From the NCBI RefSeq assembly GCF_036365525.1, contig NC_090399.1, positions 52,298,430-52,362,429 of the forward strand: a stretch of DNA of 64,000 bases, read 5' to 3'. Below, in pieces: positions 47,390 to 61,900 of the stretch (positions within the stretch are counted from its first letter, which is position 1; every line of letters starts with the position of its first letter). The stretch comes from Heterodontus francisci (lineage: Eukaryota). A program made the position numbers and the translations under genes. The notes under the pieces were generated by a model, which was given only the letters and a program-made list of their open reading frames with translations, ran no database searches and had not been told where the DNA came from.

Positions 47390-49605
47390 AACAGGAACAT
47401 AGGAACAGGAGTAGGTCATTCAGCCCATCAGGCCTGCCCCACCATTCAATACAATCATAGCTGATCATCCACTTCAATGTCTTTTTCCCAAACTATCCCC
47501 ATATCCCTTTATTTCATTTGTATGTCAATCTCTACTTTAAACATACCCAATGACAAATACATGAATAGGAAGGGAATAGAGGGATACAGTCCGCGGAAGT
47601 GCAGAAGGTTTTACTTTAGGCAGGCATCAACAGGCCGAATGGCCTGTTCCTGTGCTGTACTGTTCTTTGTTCTTTGTTCTTTGACTGAGGTTCCACTGCC
47701 CTCTAGGGTAGAGAATTTCAAAGATTCACAATCCTCTGAGTAAAGAAATTTCTCCTCATCTCAGTCTTAAATGGTTTACCCCTTATTGTGAAACTGTGTT
47801 CCCTGGTTATAGACTCACTAGCCAGGGGAAACATTCTACCTACATTCAGCCTGTCATGCCCCTGTAAAAATGTTGTAAGTTTCAATGAGATCGCCTTTCA
47901 TTTTGAAACTCTAGAGAATACAGGCCCAGTTTCTCCAGTCTCTCTTCATAGGATAGTCCCACCATATCACATCCAAATCCCCTTGAAGCTGCTTTTCATC
48001 TTTCTCACAATACACATTCCCACCTAGTTTTGTGTTATCTGCGAACTTGGAAATACTATATTTGGTCCCCACATCCAAAACATTGATATATATTGTGAAC
48101 AGCTGGTGCCCAAGCACTGATTCTTGCGGTACCCCACTAGTCACAGGCTGCCAACGCGAGAATGACCTGTTTATTCCTACTCTCTGTTTTCTGCCTGTTA
48201 ACCAATCCTTGATCCATGCCAGTACACCCCCTCCTATTCCATGTGCTTTAATTTTGCTAACCAACCTCCTTGGGGGACTTTATCAAAGGCCTTCTGAAAA
48301 TCCAAGTATGCTACATCCACCAACTCCCCTTTATCAATTCTGTTAGTAACATCCTCCAAAATCACCGACAGGTTCATCAAACATGATTCCCCATTCATAA
48401 ATCTTATGTTGACTATGCCCAATCAGATCATTATTATCCAAGCGTCCATTTATCACATCCTTTAGAATAGATTGTAACATTTTCCAAACTGATGTAAGGC
48501 TAACAGGTCTGTAATTCCCTGTTTTCTCTCTCCCTCCCTGCTTAAATAGTGGGATGACATTTGCTGCCTTCCAATCTGCTATGGAATCTATAGAATTTTG
48601 GAAGATGATCACCAATGCATCCACTGTCTCCATAACTACCTCTTTCAACACTCTAGGATGTAAAATATCAGGCCCTGGGGACTTATCAACCTTCAGCCCT
48701 ATGATTTTCTCCAATACAACCTTCTTACTAATACTAATTTCCTTCAATTCCTCATTCCCCCTAATCCCTTGGATCTCTAATTCTGGGAGACTTCTTGTAT
48801 CTTCCTCAGTGAAGACAGACACAAAGTAATCATTTAGCTTCTCTGCCATTTCTCTATTCCTCATTATAAAATCCCCAGACTCTGCCTGTAAGGGACCCAC
48901 ATTTGTCTTAGCCAAATGTTTCCTTTTTACATTCCTATAGAAGCTTTCGCAGTCCATTTTTATGTTTTTTGCTAGTTTAGTTTCATATTCTATTCTCCCT
49001 TTCTTTATCAATTTCTTGGTTCTCCTTTGCTGTATTCTAAAATCCTCCCAATCCTCAGGTTTACTACTATTTCTGGCAAGTTTATAGGCCTTTTCTTTTA
49101 ATCTTATACAATCCTTAACTTCTTTTGTCAGCCATGGTTGACTGCCTTTATTTTGGGGTTTTTGTGCCTTGAAGGAATGTATAGTTGCTGTAAACTATGT
49201 AATAATTCTTTGAAGACTATCCATTGTCTATGCACTGTCATACCTTTTAATATATTTTTCCAATCCTTCTCAGCCAATTTACCCCTCATACCTTCATATT
49301 TTCCTTTGTTCAAATTTAACATCCTGGCTTAAGGTTGAACTACCTCACTTTCAAACATAATGTAAAATTCTATCATATTATGGTCACTCATCCCCAAAGT
49401 TTATTTTACAACAAGATTATTAATGAACCCTTTCTCATTACATAATACTGGACCAAAAATGTTCTCTGGTTGGTTCTTTAGCATACTGCTCTAGAAAACC
49501 ATCCTTAACGCACTCAAGAAACTCGACCTCCACAGCACTGTTGCTCATTAGCTTTACCCAGTCTATGTGCAGATTGTATTCACCCATAATTATTGTATTA
49601 TCCAT
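47390..49605 (-). mobile_element. CR1 LINE (internally deleted), with a ~130-bp + strand CR1 3' tail inserted at ~47551-47682
   Basis: ORFs 48343..49011, 48234..48422 (YLDFQKAFD), 47911..48264; the insert matches the tail of the 10863 CR1 including (GTTCTTT)n. Confidence 0.9.
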
Positions 49606-51729
49606 GCCAAAAATCCAGTTATCTCAGCACTGAATATACCTAAGGTGGAGCAGCCAAAGCTCTTTGGGGGAGGGAATTCTGAAGATTCATACCCTGAGTG
49701 AAGAAATTTCTCCTCATCTCATTATCTCATTCCTAAATGATTGTCCCCTTATCTTGAGACTGTGCCCCTGTGTTCTAGATTCCCCAGCCAGGGGAAACAC
49801 CTCTCAGTGTTTACCCTGTCGAGCCCCTTCTAAATTTTGTATGTTTTAATGAGATCACTGCTCATTCTTCTAAACTCCAGAGAGTATCGGCCCAATTTAC
49901 TCAGCCTTGCATCATTGGATACCCTCTCATCCCAGGATTAGTGAACCTTTGTTGTACTGCTTCCAATGCAAATATATCTGTCCTGAGATACAGAGGCTAA
50001 AACTGCGCACCGTACGCCAGGTGGAGTCTCATCAAAGCCCTGTACTATTGTACCAAGACTTCCTTATTCTTATGCTCTTAATTCCCTTGTAATAAAGGTC
50101 AACATGCTATTTGCCTTTCAAGTTGCTTGCTATACCTGAATGCTAACTTTCTGTTTCATGCAAAGGGACACTCTAGTCTCTCTGAACATCAACATTTGAT
50201 AGTTTTTCAGCATTTAAACAATATTATCATTTTCTATTCCCCCCATTATACTCCATCTGCCACCTTCTTGCCCACTCACTTAATCTGTCTATATGCATTT
50301 TCAGACTGTGTCCTCCTCACAGCTTACATTCCCACCTAGCTTTGTATCATGAGCAAACCTGGATACAATACACTTTGGTCTCTCCATCTAAGTTATTAAT
50401 GTAGATTGTAAATAGCTGAGGCCCCAGATCTGATCCTATCAGCACTCCACTAGTTACAGCTGTCAAATTGAAAATGTCCTTCTTATTGCTACACTGTTTT
50501 CTACCCTTTAACCATTCCTCTATCCATGCTAATATATTAACTCAACCCCATGAGTCTTAATCATTTCATGTGGCATCTTATCAAATGCCTTTTGAAAATA
50601 TAAATACACTACATCCATTGGTTCCCCCTTTATCTATCCTGCCAGCTGCATCTTTAAATCTTTAAAAAAAACTAATACAATTGTCAAATTCTATTTCTCC
50701 ATCAAATAACCAGGTTTACTCTGTCTGATAATGAGTACCCTATAGCCACGTTCTTAATAATGGCTTTCTGACGACTGATGTCAGACTAATTGGCCAGTAG
50801 TTCCCTGTTTTTTCTCTCTCTCCTTTCTTGAATAATGGTGTTATATTTACTACCTGCCAATACACTGGGACTAGTCCAGGATGTAGAGAATTTAAGAACA
50901 GGTGAAGAAAATAACCAGCACATCCACTATCCCTGCAGCTACTGCTTTTAGAATTCTTGGGTGCAGGCCATCAGATCCTGGGGATTTGTTCATTTTTGGT
51001 TCCATTAATTTCTCTCGCACTTGTTCTTTAGTAATATTTAAATTTAAGCTCCTCAGTCTTATTAGCCCTTGCATGCCCTCTATTTTTGTGATGTAATTTG
51101 TGTATTCTGCCGTGAAGGCAGACACAAAATATAAATTTAACATCACTGCCATTTTCTCTTCTCCATGATAATTTCTCTTGTCTCAGCCTCTAAGGGCCCC
51201 ACATTTACTTTCACTGATCTCCTCCTTACATACTTGCGGAAGCTCTTACAATCTGTATTGTATTTCTGGCTAGTTTACTCTCATTCTATTTTCTCCCTCT
51301 TCAATTTTTTGGTCATCCTTTCCTGGTATCTAAAACTCTCCCAATCCTCAGGTTTGCTGCTGTTATTGACAATACTATAAGCCTCCTCTTTTAAACTAAT
51401 GTGATTCTTAACCTCTTTAGTAAGCGACGGATGGATCACTTTTCCATGGAGATTTTATTTCTCAATAGAATGTATATTTGTTGATAATTACGGAACATTT
51501 CTGTAACAGAACCCCATTAATTATAATGTGGTCACCTCCACACCAGTGAGACCAGTGAGACGAGCACCTCCGCTCAGTCCGAAAGCATAACCCCATGCTT
51601 CCGGTTACTTGTCATTTCAACATCACCCCGCCCCACCGCACCCCCACAGCAGCCCCCCCTCCCCCTCCCCCCCTGCTCTCATGGCCAGATCTCTGTCCTT
51701 GGCCTGTTCAAAAGTTCCAGTGAACATCA

Positions 51730-52232
51730 ATGCAGCTCAAGAAACAGCACCTCATTTTATGATTAGGCACTCCACAGCCTTCCAGATGGAACATTGAGCT
51801 CAATAATTTCAGAGCATGATGGGCTTTTTTTTTATTCTTTTATTTTATTTCATTGTGTTTTATCTTTTTATTTTACCATTTAACTTGTTTTGTTTATTTT
51901 TGTGCTTTTGGACAGAGCTCTTCATTATTCTGTCATTAACTCTCTCTCTGCACCAAAGCTTTGTCTTTCATCACTCACCACATCCTGAGTACATTCCTTT
52001 TGCCTTTGCCCCATGACCTCCTTGTCAGTTACTCTCTCCTGTCATCTAACCCACCACACACCTTCCCTTTTGTTCTCTTTCCTCCTACCCCCACTTCACT
52101 TGCTTAAAACCTATTATATTTCTAACCTTTGCCAGTTCTGACGAAAGGTCACAGACCCAAAATTTTAACTCTGCTTCTCTCCACAGATGCTGCCAGATCT
52201 GCTGAGTATTTCCTGCACTATCTGTTTTTATT
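51730..52232 (+). mobile_element. Penelope-like element 3' end (GIY-YIG C-terminus and terminal repeat)
   Basis: QLKKQHLIL*LGTPQPSRWNIELNNFRA* resembles the PLE C-terminus; T-rich UTR, then a decayed hammerhead motif CTGACGA at ~52138. Confidence 0.7.
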
Positions 52233-52634
52233 CCCCATTAATTATACATAGTTGTAACTTTTAATCTAATTTCCCCTATCTATCTTAGGCAACTCATCCT
52301 TCATACATTTATAACTGGCTTTATTTAAGTTTAGTACTCTAGTTTCAGGCTTATGTACATTACTGACGAATTCAATGTGAAATTTGTCATGATATTGTAT
52401 GTACTTGCAGTAAGAGGATCACTTACTAAGAGTTAACTTATGAATTTGTTACACAAAACAAGATCCAAAATGGCATCTTCCTTGGCTGGTTCCATGATGT
52501 ATTGTTCTTGGAAACTGTCTGGACTATACTCCATGACTTGTTCCACAAGCTACTTTTGCCAATTTGCTTTGTCCAGTCGATATGTAGATTAAAGTCCCAC
52601 ATGATTATTGCATTGCTTTTATTACAAGTTCCTC

Positions 52635-52997
52635 TTAGTTTTTAATTTAGTTTAGTTTAGAGATACAGCACTGAAACAGGCCCTTCGGCCCACCGAGTCT
52701 GTGCCGACCATCAACCACCCATTTATACTAAACCTACACTAATCCCATATTCCAACCACATCCCCACCTGTCCCTATATTTCCCTACCACCTACCTATAC
52801 TAGGGGCAATTTATAATGGCCAATTTACCTACCAACCTGCAAGTCTTTTGGCTTGTGGGAGGAAACCGGAGCACCTGGAGAAAACCCACGCAGACACAGG
52901 GAGAACTTGCAAACTCCACACAGGCAGTACCCAGAATTGAACCCGGGTCGCTGGAGCTGTGAGGCTGCGGTGCTAACCACTGCGCCACTGTGCCGTC
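52635..52997 (-). mobile_element. HE1-like V-SINE
   Basis: Near-identical to 8133-8492; full tRNA head. Confidence 0.9.
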
Positions 52998-53454
52998 CTA
53001 TTTCTTGATTAATATTCTGTCCAACAATTTAACTACTGCCATAGGTCTATAGGTTACTCCCACCGGCATTTTCTGACCCTTGTTATTTCTTATCTCCACC
53101 CATACTGATTCTACATTGTTCTCTTCTGAGCCAAGATCCTTCCTTACTACTGTCCTTACGTCATTTTTTAAATCAGGACTATCCCCCAACCATCAACCCC
53201 ACAAACCCACCCACCCATTTTTGTTTTCCATTTTATCCATCTTTTCCAATCATCAATTGCTCTGGAATATTTAATTCTGAAACTTGATCACCATGCAGTC
53301 ACTTCTCTGTAATAGCTATTACATCAAACCCATTTATCACGATTTGGGCCATTAATCCATCTATCTGGTTACAAATGCTTCATGGATTCAGATAAAAGAC
53401 CTGTAATTTTAACTTTTTAACCATTTTTCCTGATTTGACCTCACTTATGAATAC

Positions 53455-54600
53455 TTACTACATCAAAGGTTACTATACAAAATAAGAATTCATGGGTTCA
53501 GGGGTGACATGTTCGCTTGGATAGAGGATTGGTTAGCAAACAGGAAACAGAGAGCAGGGAAAATGGGGCATTTTTGGGTTGGTAAGCTATAATTAGTGGA
53601 GGGAGACAAGGATTAGTGATGGGGCCTCAACTATTTACAATCTATATATGACTTGTATGAAGGGCTAGATTTGCTGATGGCACAAAGATAAGTATGAGAA
53701 TAAGTTGTGAAGAGGACATAAGGAGTCTGCAAAGGGATATAGATAGGTTAAGTGAGTGGGGAAACATTTGGCAGATGGAGTATAATGTGGGAAAATGTGA
53801 AAGTGTTCACTTTGGCAGGAGGAATAGAAAAGCAGTATATTATTTAAATGGAGAGAGATTACAGAACTCTGAGGTATAGAAGGATCTGGGTGTCCTGGTA
53901 CATGATTCACAAAAAGTTAGAATGCAGGTACAGTAAGTGATTAGGAAGCCAAATGGAATGTTGGCATTTATTGCAAGGGGAATGGAATAGAAAAGTAGGG
54001 AAGTTTTGCTCCAGTTGTACAGGGCGTTGGTGAGAACACATCTGGAGTACTGCATATAGTTTTGGTCTCCTGACTTAAGAAAGGATATAACTACATTTGT
54101 AGCAGTTCAGAGAAGGATCATTTGACTGATTCCTGGGGTGAAGGGGTTATCTAATGAGGAGAGGTTGAATAGGTTGGGCCTTTATCCATTGGAGTTTAGA
54201 AGAAAGAGAGGTGATCCTATTGAAATATATAAGATCCTAAGGGGACTTGACAGGGTGGATGCTGAGAGAATGTTTCCCCTTGTGGGAGAGACTAGAACTA
54301 GGGGGACACAGTTTAAAACTAAGGAGTCTCCCATTTATGACTGAGATGAGGAGATTAATTTCTCTCAGAGGGTAGTTCGTCTGTAGAATTCTCTTTCTCA
54401 GAAAGCAATGGAGGCTGGGTCATTGAATATTTTTAAGGTTGAGTTAGATAGATTCTTGATTGGCAAGGGAGTCAAAGAGTATAGAGGGTAGGCAGGAAAG
54501 TAGATTTGTAGCCACAATCAGATCAGCCATGATCTTATCAAATGGCGGAGCAGTCTCAAGGGGCCAAATGGCCTACTTCTCCTCCAAATTCGTATGCTTG
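53455..54600 (+). mobile_element. CR1 3' part (RT and tail)
   Basis: WQMEYNVGKC (53694..53879), EERLNRLGL (54138..54344). Confidence 0.88.
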
Positions 54601-54689
54601 TCTTTCCCAAGTCGCTAGACTGATCTATGGCCTTGACTTTTCTCTTTAGATTTACACATTTTCTAGCATCTTGAACCTTTCCCAATACC

Positions 54690-55750
54690 CCATTTTTTAG
54701 TTTAGAGCCTTAGTTATTCAATTTACCACAGTTCCCAATCCAGGTTAAATGGAGCCCATTTGAACAGAGCAGCTCCCTATTTCCCCAATACTGGTGCCAG
54801 AATCCCATGAACTGAATCCCCACCTCCCCTACCACTCTTTCAGCTGTGTCTTCAATTCACACCCTATGCAGTTTATGTGTGGCTCAGGTAGAAACTCAGA
54901 GATCATTACCTTTGATGTCCTTCCTATTATTTTGGACCCTAGCTCCTCAAATTCTCTCAGCAGAACATCATTCTACCCATGTCATTGGTTCCTACATGGA
55001 CCACAACAACTGGATCCTCCCCCTCCCATTCCAAGTTCATCTCCAGACACGAGGCAGTGTCCTTAACCCTAGGACCAGGCAGGCAACACAGCCTTCGGAA
55101 CTCCTGGTCTTGGCTGCAGAGAACAGTATCTATTCCCTGACTATACTGTCCCTATCATTACCACATTACTCTTCACTGCCCCATGCCCCTGCAATTGGAT
55201 GGCCTCCTGTCCCAAGATGCAGTGGTCAGTTTTCTCATCCACCCTGCAGGCTTCGCCCTCATCCACACAGGCAACAGGTTCCTCTTATCTGTTGGATAAG
55301 TGCAAATGTTAAGTGTCCTCCAGCACTACACCACGTGTCCACTTACCTCCCTAACTTGCATTCACATCCTCCTGTCCCTGACCTCTAACTAGACCTGTAC
55401 CACTTCCTAACCTAAGTGGTGTGACTGTCTCCTGGATCAGAGTAACTCACCCCCTCCCTGATGCCCTGCAATGTCTGCACCCCAGACTCTAACTCAGCAG
55501 CTCTCAGCTGAAGTTTCTCGAGATGCAGACAGCGAATGCAGATGTGCAGGAAACACTCAGCATGTCAGGCAGCATCTGTGGAGGGTAAAACAGAGTCATC
55601 GCTTCAGGTTTGTCTGACCCTTCATTACATTTCCAGCATCTGCAGTGTTTTGCTTTTGAGTTAATGCAGATGTGTTTGTCCGGGATGGCAATGCTCTCCA
55701 CAAACTCCCACTTGCTGCAGTCACGGCACACCACCTGCCCTGCCACATCT
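54690..55750 (-). mobile_element. CR1 ORF1 relic
   Basis: MAGQVVCRDCSKWE zinc finger (55504..55746); collinear with 19510-20500. Confidence 0.8.
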
Positions 55751-56065
55751 ATATAACCTTCTGTGTTTACTCAGTTTGGCTTATTAGTTTTATTACATAA
55801 TTACTTGATCTAGTTTTAGTTACAGGTAGATTAAAATAAATATTTGCCTCTAACACAAACCACAAGAAGTACTGGATACAAAAAAGCAGCACCTCCTTTC
55901 CCCTCAGCTCCAAATTCCTAACTTTTACAAAAGCAAAATACTGCGGATGCTAGAAGTCCGAAACAAAAACAGAAAATGTTTCAAATACTCAGCACGTAAG
56001 GCCACATCTGTGGAGAGAAAAGCAGAGTTAATGTTTCAGGTCTGTGACATGCTGAGTATTATCAG

Positions 56066-56920
56066 TGTTACAATTGAGGCTGGAGGAGCGCACTGTCTTC
56101 CTCTAGTCCCACTTCTCCGCAGGTCACAACATATACTTAAATGTTTACCCAGTTACCAATGCGGCCAATTTATATACTTATTTCAGAAAAAAATCCACCA
56201 ACCAGGTTTCTTTAATAAACAACAAATTATTAATTTATTATAAAACAAGAATTATTCAATAAAGATGCAAAGCATTAACACACAGATTGAAATATGCAAG
56301 TTCCCTTTTTAAATTAGCCCCCCGTCCCACACAAATACACACACCGGTTAAAGAAAAAAAAGTTTTCTCTGCAGAGATCTTTTTACAAAAGAAGACAAAA
56401 AATACTTTGGCCAAATACGTGTTAATTCTTAAAGAAGAAGGAGAAGATATGGAATGAAATCAGTCATCCCTTTTTTCTGGTGTCACAAATCCGAGTAGGC
56501 GGCTGTCACTGGCATCTTTCTGGAGCAGTTCTTTTCAGGCAGCATTGAGAATTAATCTGGCAGGTTTTCCTCCTGGCATCAGATGTTTCAGCTATCACAC
56601 ATTGGATTTTCCAGGGTTCCTCAGAGAGGTGAAAAGATGAACTGGGTGTTTCTCAGCAGACTACAAATCCAACTGACTCAAAACAATATTCCAAAACGAA
56701 ACCAACTCTTGACCACTACAAATCTTGACATGTGACTTCTTTGTAAACAACTCCCCACAGACACCAAGGCTTCTGTTGTTTATTTAACTTAAGACATGTG
56801 ACATCTAGTAAATATTTTTAAACAGAAAGCTCAAGTCCTTCTGGTGAATTAAAAAAAAATCTGTGGAATAATTTCAGTCCCAAATGAATCCAGCTCCACA
56901 ATCTTCAACCACGAGTCCTC
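56066..56920. mobile_element. LTR-like sequence
   Basis: Begins TGTTACA; non-coding; organisation resembles the LTR at 36549. Right boundary uncertain. Confidence 0.4.
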
Positions 56921-58638
56921 AAAAAATATTAGAAAATAGAAGCACTTCCATAACCCCAGTATTTTCCATTTGTATTCCTAATTTTACACAATGTTTTTGA
57001 TGTACTCCATTTATAATCTGCATCGGCAGATACTGTTTTATTTTATACACATCCAAGTTTGAAATAAAAATATTCTTCCTCACATAACCTCTGTACCCAC
57101 CCACCACCCCCCCCCCCCCACCTGTGTATCTCTTGCCCCAAATCTTAAATCTGCATCCCCTAGTCCTTGTATGATCAATTAATGGGAAAAGCTTTCCTTT
57201 GTCGATCGTATCTAAACATGTCATACTCTTGTGCACTGCTGTTAAATCTCCGCTCAATCTCCTTTGCTCCATGGAGAACAACCCCAGCATCTCCAACCTA
57301 ACCTTATCCAAGCTGAGACTGACCCTCCTATTCCAATAGCCTAATTTTGTGAACCAGCCTTTTATGTGATATGTCAAATGCTTTCTTAAAATCTACATAG
57401 ACAACGTCCACTGCATTCCCTTCATCAAGCTTCTCTGTTGCTTCATCAAAAAATTCAGTTCGATTAGTCTAATTTGCCTTTTACAAATCTGTGCTGGCTA
57501 TCCTTAATGAACTCAATTCTCTCAGGGACAGGACATTAAACTAATGGGGTGGCGGGGGGTGGGGTGGAGGGTTTGGGTGAAGGGAAATTTAGAAATCCAA
57601 AGAGAGGCATCAGGGCATCAAAGCAGGTTAGTGATGTGGCTAACTCCCAACAAAATGGGATAGTAAGGGACAGAGAGTTTAACAAAAATTGTACTTTGGC
57701 AAATAAGGTAATTGCAGGGAATAGAGGTAAAAAATGAAATTAAAGTCCCTTTATCTGAATGCACACAGCATCTGGAATAAGATAGATGAACTAGTGGCAC
57801 AAACAGAGGTAAATTATCTAGATTTAATTGCCATTACCGATCAAGGATACAAGGAGATCAAGGTTGGGAAATGAATATTCCAGGGTACACAATATTTCAG
57901 AGAGACAGACAGAATGGCAAAGGAGGAGGGGACACCCTGATAGTAAAGGATGACGTAAGGACATTAATAAGAAGGGATCTGGTCTCAGAAGATCATGAAG
58001 TAGAATCAGTTTGGGTGGAAATTAACACTGGTGGGAGTAGTTTACAGGCCCCCAAACAGTAGTTATATTATTGGACAGAACATTAAATGGGAAATTATTG
58101 GAGCATGTAAAAAAGGTAATGTATTAATTGTGGGGGAATTTAATCTGTATAAAGACTGGGACAATCAAATTGGCAACAGTGGTCCAGAAGATGAATTTTT
58201 AGAATGCTTTTGTGACAGTTTCTCGGAGCAGTACATTGTAGAACCAACTAGGGATAAAGCTATCTTAGATCTCATATTGTGTAATGAAGCAGGGTTAATC
58301 AGCTATGTCATAATAAATGATCCACAGGGAAATAGTGATCATAATACCACTGAATTTCATGTTAAGTTTGAAAATAACACATTTCAACTACAAACAAGTA
58401 TCTTAAACTTAAACAAAGCCAATTACAAAGGTATGAGGGGAGAACTGGCTCAGTTTAATTGGGTAAAGGACAGTGGGAAACATTTAAAGAAACTATTCAA
58501 AGAGTTCAACAAAAATACATTCTGTTCAAAAGCAAAAACCCCTCCAGAAAGACTCATCTGTGGCTCCCTCAGGAAGTTGAGAGTATTAGACTAAAAGAAG
58601 AGGCTAATAATGTGCAAAAAATAGTAGCAGGTCTGAGG

Positions 58639-58824
58639 TAAATAAAAACAAGAAATGCCGGAATCACTCAGCAGGTCTGGCAGCATCTGTGGAAAGAGAA
58701 GCAGAGTTAACGTTTCGGGTCAGTGACCCTTCTTCGGAACTGACAAATATAAGAAAAGTCACAGATTATAAGCAAGTGAGGTGGGGGTGGGGCAAGAGAT
58801 AACAAAGGAGAAGGTGTAGATTGG
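58639..58824 (-). mobile_element. Penelope terminal-repeat fragment with 13-bp TSD and hammerhead-like motif
   Basis: AGCAGGTCTGAGG at 58626-58638 and 58825-58837; minus strand CAGTT-CCGAAGA-A-GGGTCactGACCC-GAAA-CGTT-AACT. Confidence 0.8.
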
Positions 58825-58940
58825 AGCAGGTCTGAGGAATGGGAGTGTTTTAGAAACCAGCAAAGGGCCACCAAAAAGTTGATAAAAAGGGAAGAATAAA
58901 ATATGACAATAAACCAGCCAGCAATATAAAAACAGATTAT

Positions 58941-61900
58941 GGTGAGGCGGTGGCATAGTGGTATTGTCACTGGACGAGTAACCCAGAGACCCAGGGTATT
59001 GCTCTGGGGACATGGGTTCGAATCCCACCACAGCAGAAGGTGGAATTTGAATTCAATTAATAAAAAAAAATCCTGAATTATAAGTAGTCTAATGATGGCC
59101 ATGAAACCATTGTTGATTGTTGTAAAAACCCATCTGGTTTACTAATGTCCTTTAGGGAAGGATATCTGCCATCCTTATCTTTATCCTTATCCAGACCAAC
59201 AGCAATGTGGTTGACTCTTAAATGCCCTCTCACATGGCCCAGCAAGCCACTCAGTTGTATCTAACCGCTATGAAGTCAATAAAGAATGAAACCAGATGGA
59301 CCACCCAGCATCGACCTAGGCACCAGAAACGACAACAGCAAACCCAGCCCTGTTAAACCTGCAAAGTCCTCCTTACTAACATCTTGGGGCTTGTGCCAAA
59401 GTTGGGAGAGCTGTCCCACAGACCAGTGAAGCAATAGCCTGACAGTCATACTCACGGAATCAGACCTTACAGACAATGTCCCAGAGACCACCATCATCAT
59501 CCATGGGTATGTCCTGTCCCACCAGCAGGACAGACCCAGCAGAGATGGCAGCACAGTGGTATACAGAAGAGAGGGAGTTGCTCTGGGAGTCCTCAACATT
59601 GACACTGGACCCTATGAAGTCTCATGGCACCAGGTCTAACATGGGCAAGGAAACCTCCTGCTGATTACCACCTACCGCTCTCCCTCAGCTGATGAGTCAG
59701 TACTCCTCCATGTTGAACGCCACTTGGAGGAAGCACTGAGGGTGGCAAGGGTGCAGAATGTACTCTGGAAGGGGGACTTCAATGTCCATCACCAAGAGTG
59801 GCTCAGTAGCACCATTACTGATCGAGCTGGCCGAGTCCTAAAGGGCATAGATTCTAGACTGGGTCTGTGGCAGGTGGTGAGGGAAAAACATACTTGACCT
59901 TGTCCTCACCAATCTGCCTGTCGCAGATGCATTTTCCATGACAGTATTGGTAAGAGTGCCCATGGCACAGCACTTGTGGAGCAAAAGTCCGGTCTTCACA
60001 TTGAGGATACCCTCCATCATGTTGTGTGGTACTACCACCGTGCCAAATGGGATAGATTTCAAACAGATCTAGCAATGTGAAACTGGGCATCCATGAGGCG
60101 CTGTGGGCCATCAGCAGCAGCAGAAATGTACTCAAACACAATCTGTAAACTCATGGCCTGGCATATCCCCCACTCTACCATTACCATCAAGCCGGGAGAC
60201 CAACCCTGGTTCAATGAAGAGTGCAGGAGGGCATGCCAGGAGCAGTGCCAGGCACATCTCAAAATGAGGTGTCAACCTGGTGAAGCTACAACCCAGGACT
60301 ACTTGCATGCCAAACTGCGTAAACTGCATGCGATAGGCAGAACTAAGCGATCCCATAACCAACGGATCAGATCAAAGCTCTGCAGTCCTGCCACATCCAG
60401 CTGTGAATGGTGGTAGACATTTAAACAGCTAACTGGAGGAGCTGGCTCCACAAATATCCCCATCCTCAATGATGTGGGAGCCCAGCACATCAGTGCAAAA
60501 GATAAGGCTGAAGAATTTTCAACAATCTTCAGCCAGAGGTGCTGAGTTGATGATCTATCTCGGACTCATCCTGAAGTCCCCAGTATCACAGATGCCAGTC
60601 GACAGCTAATTCAATTCACTCCACGTGACATCAAGAAACGATTGAAGGCACTGGATACTGCCTGTACACAAAAAGCTGGACAAGTCCAACCCAGTCAATT
60701 ACCACCCCATCAGTCTACTGTCAATTGTCAATAAAATGATGGAAGGTGTTATCAACAGTGCTATCAAGTGGCACTTGCACAGCCATAACCTGCTCACTGA
60801 CGTTCAGTTTGGGTTCCGCCAGGGCCACTCAGCTCCTAACCTCAGTACAGCCTTGTTTCAAACATGGACAAAAGAGCTGAACTCAAGAGGTGAGGTGAGA
60901 GTGACAGCCCTTGACATCAAAGCAGCATTTGACCGAGTATGGCATCAAGGAGCCAGAGCAAAACTGGAGTCAATGAGAATCAGTGGGAAAAATCTTCGCT
61001 GGTTGGAGTCATACCTAGCCCAAAGGAAGATGGATGTGGTTGTTGGAGGTCAATCATCTGAACTCCAAGACCTCACTACAGGAGTTCCTCAGGGTAGTGT
61101 CCTAGGTCCAACCATCTTCAACTGCTTCATCAATGACCTTCCTTCAATCATAAGGTCAGAAGTGGGGATGTTCGCTGATGATTGCACAATGTTCAGCACC
61201 ATTCGTGACTCCTCAGATAATGAAGCAGTCCGTGTAGAAATACAGCAAGACCTAGGACAATATTCCAGCTTGGGCTGATAAGTAGCAAATAACATTCACG
61301 GCACACAAGTGCCAAGCAATGACCATCTCCAACAACAGAGAATCTTACCATCTCCCCTTGTCATTCAATGGCATTACCATCGCTGAATCCCCACTATCAA
61401 CATCCTGGGGGTTGCCATTGACCAGAAACTGAACTGAAGTAGCCATATAAATACCATGGCTACAAGAGCAGGTCAGAGGCTAGGAATCCTGTGGTCAGTA
61501 ACTCACCTCCTGACTCCCAAAAGCCTAACCACCATCTACAAGGCACAAGTCAGGAGTGTGATGGAATACTCTCCACTTGCCTGGATGGGTGCAGCTCCAA
61601 CAACACTCAAGAAGCTTGACACCATCCAGGACAAAGCAGCCCGCTTGATAGGCACCCCATCCACAAACATTCACTGCCTCCACCACCGACGCACAGTGGC
61701 AGCAGTGTGTACCATCTACAAGATGCACTGCAGCAATGCACTAAGGCTTCTTAGACAGCACCTTCCAAACCCATGACCTCCACCACCTAGAAGGACAAGG
61801 GCAGCAAATGCATGTGAACACCACCACCTGCAAGTTCCCCTCCAAGCCACACACCATCCTGACCTGAAACTATATCTCCGTTCTTTCACTGTCGCTGGGT

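Larger units (their letters stand above)
49610..53420 (-). mobile_element. Old CR1 LINE interrupted by Penelope and V-SINE insertions
   Basis: ORFs 50892..51152 (KSPGSDGLHPRIL) and 52998..53189 (ESVWVEIRN). Confidence 0.8.
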
